This document shows, piece after piece, positions 49,096-59,018 of a stretch of DNA of 64,000 bases (within the stretch, counting starts at the first letter, position 1; each line of letters begins with the position of its first letter). Position numbers and translations under genes: made by a program. The notes under the pieces are model-generated. The model was not told where the DNA came from and made no database searches. It was given only the letters and a program-made list of their open reading frames with translations. Source of the DNA: Selaginella moellendorffii (Eukaryota > Plantae > Lycopodiophyta). The stretch spans positions 692,236-756,235 of the forward strand of contig NW_003314321.1 of NCBI RefSeq assembly GCF_000143415.4, given 5' to 3'.

Positions 49096-49918
49096 AAGAG
49101 CGGAGAAGCGCTCTCTCCATCGCGTGCAGTAGAACCTTCTGCATTGCACCTTGTCCGCCTCAGGGACGAATGTCACCAGGTTGGTCTCGAGCAATACTGC
49201 TTGGGTGGGAAGAGCGGATTGGAATCCTAGATGAATGTCACCAGGGGCTGCTAATCTCCTCTCGATTGCCTCACCTCAATTTTCCAGTGTCTTGGATCGA
49301 TCTTCCAGTACCTCAGATCGATCACAAGGATGCCTCTAAGGTGGGAGTAGTCTCAAGCAAATACTTCCCTGAAAGAATGAAAAATCTCCAAGAGTTAGTT
49401 TTCATACTCAATCCAAAGGCTGGTGCTTATAAAGATTGATATCTAAGTTGTCCAAAAGGAAGCCTTGCTTGCAACAATCATCTAGGGTTGGAGATGTGTT
49501 GGCAGCCTCAAACATGTCTAGAGGCAGCTCTATGTCATAGACGGTTATTGTTATAGGAGCTGTCAAAGTTCACTCATGCCTCGTCTCAATCGCCTCATGA
49601 GAGAGTTTATTTGGAGGATTTTATTGGCATAGGGAGTGAACCACTCCTTGTTGGTGTCAGAGCTGATAGTGTAAAATAGAGACGTGAAATCAATTGCTCA
49701 TTGCCACAGCTCACAAATATCAGACATGATACTTAAGTTGTTAGATAGTGGACAAGGTGGATTCCATGTTGTGAGGCAAGATCCATGGTAGAGATCATGG
49801 CCAGATAATCCATCTTATTGGCTGAAGTTGCTAGAAGTGTTCTAGAGAGCTGAGCCACCTTTTTCTCTTTATGGTCTAAAATCCATACTTTAATTCCTAC
49901 TTGATGATTGAGAGGGCA

Positions 49919-50914
49919 TCATGCACTGTCCAAGTATGCTGTAAAGAGCTCTAGAGGGTTCTCTAAAAGAGATGTTGCACTATCAACACTCTCTAGATCT
50001 CCTTCATGGGAGTCAGTGATGAGAGGTATCACCAAGAAAGGTGATAGAATTGCTGGAGTAGGAATCCCAAGCTGAGTAGCCTCCGAAGCAGCTGCAATAG
50101 AAAGAAGATCATCATCGTAGGTGGAGCTGGTGCTAGAGGCCTTGTCACCAGTTCGTGTTGCCACTGGGGTAATGGGCATTTGCGGTGTTCTCAAGAGTGA
50201 TTTAATGTTGGGCTGGACAAATGAGTTATGAGGAGTGTATTGTAGGATGGAAGCACAATGGAGAATGTGGAGCCTGGGGACATAAGCATCATATAGTAGC
50301 TCTAGAAAAACCATTGTGGCAATCTGTTTGAGTATGAACAACATGTTGCCAACATCATCCAAGGATGGAGGACGATCAACATCAGGTGTCCTGAGGTGTC
50401 TCAGTTCTTCTAAGATCTGTTGCTGTTATTGGAGGAGAAGAATATGATTCTATTGCATTTCCACCAATCACTATACCTGCCAATTTCTCCCTTGGAACAT
50501 GAGCTGGACAAGCCATGTTGATGGTGCAAGCATGATCAATGACAACGAATCCGACTCTGGCAATCCCAAGCTTTAAGAGCATATCCTTCTCTAATCATGC
50601 AAAAAAGTTAAGCAAGTGCCAAACTGTTGTTTTTGCATCTTGTGCTATAAGTTGCCTTTGAGTCCTGAAACAAAAGTTGTGACTCCATAGCACTCTTTTG
50701 TGACCACTTGGCGTGCCACACACTCCTAGTAAGAAAAAGCCTTGTGATATACTCGTGCATTTGCTCCTTGTTGGAATGCAAAGAGATCCATGAGCAAGTG
50801 CTTTAGTTTTATATGCAAATAAAATGTATTTTGTTATCCAATTAATATTTGAGTTTTCTATATATAAATGATATAATGTTTAAACATGTTTTAGATCCCA
50901 CATTTAATATTCCG

Positions 50915-50989
<75 letters not shown>

Positions 50990-52023
50990 TGGATAAATTG
51001 AATCAATGATATAGTAGTGGCTGGGTTTTTTATCCAAGAGGGCTTCGTCCACAGCGACTACCACAAAAGTCCAGCTTCCATAGTGTTTCTTTGCTAGTGT
51101 TTCTTTGCCAGATCCTATGAGGAAGATTTGGTTGGTATGTACGATCCTTGCAGTTGTCATAACTAATCCTGCTAGAGTTCTGACGCTTTGGAGGTACAAG
51201 AGCACCCATAATCCGACCATGGTACTCTTCCCTGCACGCCACAGCTCTCTTAACATCCTCAACACTCCACTTCAAACACTCATCTCCGATCACAATCTTC
51301 ATGAGTGCCTCAAACAGCTTCAAAATACCAGCATTCGTGTGCATGGCGACGTTCAGGGATGGTAGACAGAAGTTCTAAGAAAAAACAAATAGACAGACAA
51401 CCGACTGGAAGCCCGAAAGCTAGCTTACTCGTTTCTCGATAAAACCTCAGCAACAAGATACCGACCATCCGGGTAGTCGATTTCCGGATATGAGCTGCAG
51501 TTTTGCGCATAAGATCCCACCTGCAACTTAGCTTCTTCTGAATATCGTCTTTGTAAAACCGTAGCTCGACGTCACCTTTCCTGTGAAGGTGCATCCATCG
51601 GCTCTTCTGCTGTTTCTTGAAATCTGCATCACAAGGCCAGAAATATGGTGAAAACCGGAGAATGAAAACTTAAAACGTGGAGTACCTTCCTAGGACTCAT
51701 CGGTGATCGGACCTCCCAGAAGACTGACCAAGCACGGCATAACTCCAACGATTGAAAGCCCATTGCATGACGAAGATCGGAGCCACGCGTTCCTTGTGGA
51801 GATTAACAAGTCCTTCCTTGCAAGCGTAGGCCAGAGCTTGATAGATCGCATCCTTCTCCAGCGTTTTCGTTTCTCCAATTGCCAAAACCGTGACCCAGGG
51901 GTCGTCGAAGTCTCCAAGCTTGAACACCCGCGGATCGAATACTTTGACGAGGAGATCCTTTCTCTTGATCTCTGATCGGGTTCCATCGAGAGACTGCTTT
52001 GGGTGTATCAGCTTTGTCGTCAT
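49919..52023 (-). pseudogene. Decayed gene: putative PD-(D/E)xK nuclease-fold domain followed by putative fungal-type (FunK1-like) kinase pieces
   Basis: DLLV...AIGETK...AIYQALAY. Downstream fragments IFLIGSG..TFVVVA, FRTQRQLIAQDA...WHL, GFVVIDHA and LDDVGNMLFIL. Frameshifts are present. Confidence 0.45.
50918..50988. repeat. (TA)n followed by (CA)n microsatellite
   Basis: Directly visible. Confidence 0.97.
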
Positions 52024-52579
52024 CGTCTCGTTCTTTGATCTAGGAAATCATAACTGAGAAAATTGCAAGACTTGAGATGGATCATACCTCTGACGCAGTT
52101 TCCACTTTCATGTCTTCCTCTTTGTAACTAGCTTCCGGTTCGATTGACCTCAGCTTTTTGAGCTGAGTGGTCATCTCCTTTGCCTTCAGTTTTCACAAAG
52201 CCAACGTCGACTTCCAGGCCATGTCCGTAGTCTTCCGATAGCGCCAATGGGTTGGTGAGATAGGCCATCGATGATAGCTTATAGTCTCACTCTCTGCACA
52301 GAGTAGCCAAGTCTCACGAATGTTCATACAAGCCACTACACCAGGCGAGACATAGAATGCGTGCTTACCGGCTAGAAGTAACAAAGTGGCGGAGAAGGGC
52401 TCTCTTCATCGCGTGCTGCAAAACCTCGTCGGGCAGTCTCCTGCTTTGCACCTTGTCCATGGATGACGCCTTAGGGACGAATGTGGCTGGTTGATCTCGA
52501 GCAAACTCCTCGTGTACTGATTGGGCGGGAAGAGCAGCGGATTGGAATCCCCAAACTTGAGCTGTGCCAAGTCAATTCC

Positions 52580-52765
52580 AAACCCTAAAATCACAAATCC
52601 AAGCCCTAAAAAGTTTGAATAAACAAGTACGTCATTATATCATTATATTGGGCCATTAAATTAATGTTAACGATTAGGGGATGTAGCTCAATTGGAAGAG
52701 TATCTACGTTGCAAGTAGGGGGTAGGAGGATCGATACCTCCCATCTCCAAATACTGTTTTGGGCC
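52580..52765 (+). promoter_or_regulatory. Telo-box (AAACCCTAA, 52580-52588) and two site II elements (TGGGCC, 52649 and 52760) upstream of the PPR gene
   Basis: Exact motif matches; function is inferred. Confidence 0.5.
52677..52749 (+). tRNA. tRNA-Ala(TGC)-like, divergent
   Basis: 73-nt cloverleaf with G3-U70, anticodon arm TCTAC-GTTGCAA-GTAGG and the same T arm as the 48401 copy. TTTT lies 7 nt downstream. Confidence 0.85.
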
Positions 52766-52799
52766 TTGAAAACATTCTGCTCTTTTTGTTAACCTTTTG

Positions 52800-54602
52800 A
52801 TGCTCCAAGATTCCTTTCTTTTGCTCCGAGACTATTCGCGATCCGGGAGTCTCCATCGAGCGAAGCAAATCTTCGACACATTGCCGGAGAAGACGATCAT
52901 CGCGTGGAACACACTTCTCTCAGCATATTCCCGAACAGGGCATCTAGCAGATGCGATACTCATATTTTATTCCATGCCCCGACGAGACACCGTCTCTTAT
53001 AACACAGTTCTTGCAGCTTATGGGAGATCGAAAAAGATTGATGAGTTGAAGTCTCTTTTTGATCAAATACCCTCGAAAGATCTCTTGTCATGGACTTCTC
53101 TAGTGACGGCATATGCCCAGAACGGACATATAGGTCTTGCGGTAGAAGCCTTTGATTCTATGCCACAGAGGAATCTGTTTGCCTGGACGGCTCTCCTATG
53201 CATCACTGGGAATATTTCCCTGGTTAAGAATATCTTTTCGTCTATGCCGGAAAGAGATACTGTCTCTTGGAACGCAATGCTAGATGCATACGCCCAAGAA
53301 AGAGATTTTGGAAATGCAAAAGGAATCTTTGATACCATGCCCGAGAGGAATCTAGTGTCTTGGAACAGCCTTTTGCTGGCTTTTGCCGAGGCACAGAAGC
53401 TTGAGAAATGTAACGAGACATTCCTTTCTATGCCAGAGCATGATCTGTTTTCCTGGACTACGATTCTGTCTTTGTATGCCCAGTGTGGGTTTGTGGAAGA
53501 TGCGAAACGGATCTTCTTTGACGTTATGCAGGAGCACAACTTGGTATCCATGAATTCCATGCTTGCAGCGTTCTCCAAGGCTGGCCGTGTAGAATGTGCC
53601 CGACATTTCTTTTATGAAACGATGCCGGTTTGGAACATTGTGTCCTTGAACACGATGCTCTCGGCATTTGCTCAAAACAGTCGAGTTGACGAGGCCAAGA
53701 AGCTATTTTTGGAGGAAATGCCCTACTGGGATCTAGTTTCATGGAATACTCTCTTGGACGGGCTTGCCCAAGGCTCGTATCCGGAAGAGTGCGCCAACTT
53801 ACTCAAATCAATGCCACAAAAGAACATTATAACTTTAACTTCTATGCTTACTGGCTACTGCGTGTCTCAAGACATTGGGCTAGCAAAAGAATTCTTCGAC
53901 AAAATGCCTGAGTGGAACCTTGCAACATTAAACTGCATGCTAGCAGCATTTGCCGCTACAGGGCATCTGCTGGAAGCAGAGGAACTCTTCCGTGCAATGC
54001 CGGACAAGAGCGACGTGACCTGGACGGCCATGATCCTCGCGTACGGACAATGCGGTCTTGCGTGTGAGGCCATGAAAACCTTGAACGCCAGCCCGGAACA
54101 GTCCGTACTGTCTTGGTCTGCCGTGCTTGCCGCCCATTCGCACAACACTTTCGCGAGGAACGATGCCAGGACTCCCACCGCGGGAGATTTTGTCGACCAA
54201 TTCAATCTTTTCAAGGTGGTCTTCGAGGAGGCGGACGAATCGTGCTTCGTCCAGGCGCTGCTGGCATTCACTCACGGCGGGGAGCTGGAGGCGTGCCGGC
54301 GCTGCTTTGCGTCGATGCGCGAGGATTTCTTCCTGGAGCCCAAGAAGCAGCACTTCACCTGCGTCGTGGACGCACTTGGGCGGGCCGGATGCGTGAGAGA
54401 TTCCATGGAACTTGTGCTGGACATGCCCTTCGCGCCAGATTCTCTCGACTGGATGTGCGTCCTCGCTGCGTGTAAGTTCCAGCTCCAGCTCCAGGGCGGG
54501 GAGCTAGGAACTCGCGCAGCTCACGAGGTTTTGGAATTGGATGGCGAGAACGCTGCAGCGTATGCGCTGCTCATCGCCACCATGGTATCAATCTGGAGCT
54601 AG
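52800..54602 (+). CDS. PLS-class PPR protein (SS-rich, truncated E domain, no DYW)
   Basis: 600-aa ORF of tandem 31-32 aa motifs with HFTCVVDALGRAG. Confidence 0.9.
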   Translation: MLQDSFLLLRDYSRSGSLHRAKQIFDTLPEKTIIAWNTLLSAYSRTGHLADAILIFYSMPRRDTVSYNTVLAAYGRSKKIDELKSLFDQIPSKDLLSWTSLVTAYAQNGHIGLAVEAFDSMPQRNLFAWTALLCITGNISLVKNIFSSMPERDTVSWNAMLDAYAQERDFGNAKGIFDTMPERNLVSWNSLLLAFAEAQKLEKCNETFLSMPEHDLFSWTTILSLYAQCGFVEDAKRIFFDVMQEHNLVSMNSMLAAFSKAGRVECARHFFYETMPVWNIVSLNTMLSAFAQNSRVDEAKKLFLEEMPYWDLVSWNTLLDGLAQGSYPEECANLLKSMPQKNIITLTSMLTGYCVSQDIGLAKEFFDKMPEWNLATLNCMLAAFAATGHLLEAEELFRAMPDKSDVTWTAMILAYGQCGLACEAMKTLNASPEQSVLSWSAVLAAHSHNTFARNDARTPTAGDFVDQFNLFKVVFEEADESCFVQALLAFTHGGELEACRRCFASMREDFFLEPKKQHFTCVVDALGRAGCVRDSMELVLDMPFAPDSLDWMCVLAACKFQLQLQGGELGTRAAHEVLELDGENAAAYALLIATMVSIWS

Positions 54603-55170
54603 AAAGATTGCCGAGATCGATTGGATCGAGCGTGGAATTCGAGGGAGTGATCACTGCCCACGTGAGGAAATGCCGTTTTGCGACGACCCAGATGCTTAGT
54701 CTAGTCGTGAGAACTAACGGTGGTCGGATTGGACCCCAGCAACTGTGTCGTAATCGTGATCTCACCACGACCGTTATATTACTTCTGGGGTCTCTCAAAC
54801 CAAAGTGTTTGATCCATTTTACCGCCAAACCAAAGGGAGAGACAATGGAATCAAGGAATCAAATCACTGCGAAAAAAAAAAAGAGATAATCGCGAGACAA
54901 CAATGGAGGTTTCCTCCTTTTGGGGACCGAGAGGACGCATTTGCAGAGCACTGAATCATGCATGTACAAGCCCAAAATTCGACCTCCATTCTTGTTCTCC
55001 ATGTTTCAAGCAAAGATTAAAAAAACACCAAAGCTTCTCTGAATCGAACAAGGTTCCTGGCGATTCTCTCGCGACCCCTCTTTCTTTTCTTGTTTCTTTT
55101 GTTGGGTTGGGTGTGAGAAGAGAAAAAGACGTAGAGCATTAGCAAGGGGGGGAAGAACTTGGCCTCTCTC

Positions 55171-55173
<3 letters not shown>

Positions 55174-55208
<35 letters not shown>
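55174..55208. repeat. (TC)n microsatellite / GAGA-type element
   Basis: Directly visible. Confidence 0.9.
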
Positions 55209-55215
<7 letters not shown>

Positions 55216-55599
55216 GCTTTAAGCTCTGCCTCTCTCTCACACACTTACACTTGGTGATTCGCGCTGCGCGAGAACAGCGACGCCGCACAGCGAAAGAGTT
55301 TACGGGAATATTTCGAGAGCTTCCTTCTTCCTCGAGGCCTCCTCGAGGACTGGAAAGAAAAGAACCTGGCAAGGGAGATTTTAATGTCAATGCAATGAAT
55401 GTAGGTGCTGCTACCTCCTGCTGCTGCTGCTGCTGCTGCTGTGATCGATCCAGGACTTTTGCTCCAGTTCACTGCATCTCTCCAGCGTAATTGTCTCTCT
55501 TCTTTGCAACAACCTGAGAATGATAGACAGTGGCCTTTCTTCCTCCTTTTCTTCTTCCTCCTCCGGACTGAGCGATCGAGCGAGAACTCTTGTTCTAAG

Positions 55600-55953
55600 A
55601 TGAGCGTGAGCTCCTCCTCCTCTTCCTCCTCCTCGTGTCTCTGCGGCGCGTGTTCCTCGAAGAAAACGTTTGAGCTCGAGCTTGATGGTGTAGAAGTTGA
55701 TCCACGGAGATCCGCCTCGGATGGTTCGTCTGATCGCAGCGTCTCGGATCCACTGTTCATGGTAAACTACTTCGACTGTGCTTCGCTCACGCTGCTGGCT
55801 GTGGTGGCCGTCCTGGTCGTTGTCCTTCCCATTGTTCTACCACCACTTCCACCCCCGCCTCTCTTTCTTATGCTCGTCCCTCTCATCATCTTCGTGCTCT
55901 TGATGGGTCTCGTCTTCATGCCTTCGAGGCTTCCTCCAAGCATTGTCATGTAG
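55600..55953 (+). CDS. ARGOS/OSR-family small membrane protein (start at 55600 or 55759)
   Basis: TM1-LPPLPPPP-TM2 signature: LLAVVAVLVVVLPIVLPPLPPPPLFLMLVPLIIFVLLMGLVFMPS. Confidence 0.85.
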   Translation: MSVSSSSSSSSSCLCGACSSKKTFELELDGVEVDPRRSASDGSSDRSVSDPLFMVNYFDCASLTLLAVVAVLVVVLPIVLPPLPPPPLFLMLVPLIIFVLLMGLVFMPSRLPPSIVM

Positions 55954-56207
55954 CCTTGTTCTTCTTCCTCTTCCGTCTCCGTTGCTTCTCTGTCGTCGAT
56001 CATAGCTTTCTCTGGTATTCATCGATCGTAGCATAGCAGCGGCAGCAGATCTCCACGGTTTTGGAAACAATGGAGCCTTTGATTGCAAGAAACTCTAGTC
56101 AGATCCGAGCAACGAAAAACAAACCAGGAAGATATACTTACAGATTATATATCAGGGGTCACCATTTCTACAAAAAACCAGCTGCCGGGAAGCTATAGCA
56201 CAAGCCC

Positions 56208-58431
56208 CTAAAGCTCTGGCTCTCTCTCCAAGTTGAGAGGAGTTCTATAAATCATCTGCTGAGGTTCTAGACGAGTTCTGTGGATCACGGGTGAGAATCC
56301 GGAGTCCTCTCGTGTTATCATGGTCAGGTTCCCGTTTCGTCTCAGCCCCTCGATTGGATGGAAGTGTGTCGTGTCTTGCACTAGTGAACTCCTCGCACCA
56401 CTTTGCCTGTGGCTGTTTCAGGCAAATCACAAGTTAGCACAGAAGAAGAATTAGAGAACTCGTCGGACTCACATTGGCGAGGCTCTTGGGGACGCCAACG
56501 GCGACGTGGGGAAGGACGGCACGGATGACGGCGCGTTTAGTACAAATTGGTGTTGGAGAAGCTCTATGGCTTTTGGTCTGTCTTCCGGATTGAAGAGCAG
56601 GCATCGTTGAACGAAGTCTTTCGCTATAGGACTCAAGCTGTCTGGGATTGGAGGGGCCTCTCCTTTCGAAAGTTTGAAGTAAAACCCGAACTGTTGACAC
56701 ATCACAACGAAATGTCAATTGAAAACAAGAAAAAGGATTTTTTTTGTTCTTCACTCACCCCCAAGTCACTCCAAGGAGGCTTCCCCATTGACATCTCCAA
56801 AATTGTACAGCCAAGACTCCATATGTCCACGGCAGTTCCATAGGATCTTTTGGATGGATTTGGAGTCACCACCTAGAAACGACAACCAATTCTTAGCTCC
56901 CCTCAAGTCACGCATTTTGACTCTCACAAAACGTACCTCCGGTGCCATAAAAATCGGTGTACCTTTCAAAGACGACGCCAGTGGGGTCTGCAAGCGGCGG
57001 CAAAGCTCAGATTAAAGCGACTAATGCGACTAAGGAAAAAAACAAGCACAGGAATACCTGTTTCGCAACACCAAAGTCGGCAAGCTTGACCTGGCCGAGA
57101 GAGTCGACTAGAATGTTTGCACACTTGATGTCCCTGTGGATCGTGTGATTTTCGTGAAGATAAACCAGCCCATGAAGTATCTGACGTGTATACGCACGTA
57201 TCGTGCTCTCCTCGAAACCGCCAAGTTTGTTCAGTATCGTCTTCAGGGAGGATTTCATGAGCTCCAGAAAGATGCAGACGGAGCCAGTTTCATCCTGTTC
57301 CCAAAGACACCGAAGTGTTAAGAGAATGAATTCCATGGAACCTCGAGGTGCTCACAATGCAAGCTCCTAGGTATCTCACAATGTTGGGGTGATTCAGCTG
57401 ACTAAGAAGTTGGACCTCCTGAAGAAACGAAAACATTTATGTTAGCACAAGAGCAGACGACTTTTCACCTTCGTGGTCTCTTCGGTCATGATTGAGTCGT
57501 GCACAACTTTGATAGCACAGAAGCTCCCATCCTCCCTGAAAAGATCACGCTAAAAATGAGCCACCAACGATAGAAAGAAGAACGAAAAACCTTACATGAA
57601 TCCCTCGTACACCGTCGCGAAAGATCCACGTCCCAGCTCCTGGAGCTTTTGACACTTTAGCAGCCGGGATGGCGAGTGGAGAGGAGACCGGTGAGGAGAC
57701 TGTGGAGACTGTGAGAAGCGCGGTGACCTCTCGGAACTCTTTCGATGCGAGAAATCCAGCGCGCATCCCAGTGATTTCCTCGGGAGAGGCAACGGAGCTG
57801 GCGCCGCGGTTCGCAAACTATTCCCAGCACGACGACACACTGCTGCTGCGGGAGGTGGCGATCGCGATGGAAGAGGGTGTGGAACACGAGAAGAATCTGT
57901 CATGGTGTTCCCAGGAGTGACTGCTGCTGCCGCTGCTAGCGCTAAGCTATACCCGTTACCACTGCGAGGACTTTGAGGAGATCGACACCACGGATCGTTG
58001 GCAGGACTTAGCCGCGAAGATGGTGTCGGAGACATGGATCGGCTCTCGAACGACGAGGTGTCGCCGAAGGAATCCAAAGACCTCCTGTGCTCGGAGAAGA
58101 AGCCCGGGGCCGTGGGCGTCGCGGGCCTGTGATCCTCCACCTCCTCGAACGAAACATCCGTGGAGTCGGGATCCACCTCGGCTCGCATTTCCATCTGCTT
58201 GATGATCTGCGCCTCCTGATCCCTGTTCTCGGCGCCCAGCACGCGCAGCACCTTGGCGGCATCCACCGATTTCGTCCTTGGAGACATGACCGAGCTCCTG
58301 GAGAAATATTTCGCCATGGCCGGGCCACTGCTGTTGCTGCTGCTGCTGCTGCTGCCGCTGCCGCCTCCATCCGGCGACGACACGGGGCTTCGATCGTTTT
58401 TCTTGTGGAAGATCTTGTTGAGCAGCTTCAT
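56208..58431 (-). CDS. MEKK-type MAP kinase kinase kinase (multi-exon; ends at 56469 if the last intron is not used)
   Basis: [52 protein letters not shown] and [12 protein letters not shown]. Ser/Pro-rich N-terminus. Confidence 0.92.
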
Positions 58432-58749
58432 CTCTCTCTCTCTCGCCGGATCAAACCCTCTCGATCCAAAACCCTAGCCTCCGCCAAAGATCCTTACCGG
58501 GGATGAAGCGGCATAGCTCGCGCGCCTCGAACGGATCACATTTTCTTCCGGGAAGGCGCCCCAGGAAGACGATAAACGCCCGTGTCGGGAGAAGCTGCCA
58601 GGGAAAGCGCGAAAGAGAAATGCGCGGAAAGCAAGTAACAACAGCCGTCGGATGCACCGCATCCCACGGCCCGGCTCGCGGCACGTGGGCCAGTCATTGT
58701 GCTTGCTGCGGCGGCGGTTGAGATGGAATAGTGCTGGAAAATACCCTTC

Positions 58750-58885
58750 CCTTAACATGTACAAGGGCCTACGACCTATTGATCGTGCTAAAGAGATCTT
58801 CGTCACGAACAAGGATAGGGATCTCGTTTCGTGGCCTTCTATGATCGCAGCATTTGCCCCGAATGGGCATTGCAAAGAGGCCTCT
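58750..58885 (+). pseudogene. Isolated PPR motif fragment
   Basis: LNMYK...IDRAKEIF...RDLVSWPSMIAAFAPNGHCKEA. Confidence 0.6.
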
Positions 58886-59018
58886 AATACTAATCCGTTG
58901 TCAGGCTCTCACCCGAGAGACCCGGTTTCGATAATATAATTCTCTAGGGCCCAACATTGACTGATTATATAAAAGTTTTTGCACGTTATGTACTGTAGGG
59001 GTTCTTTTTTCAGTGGCT

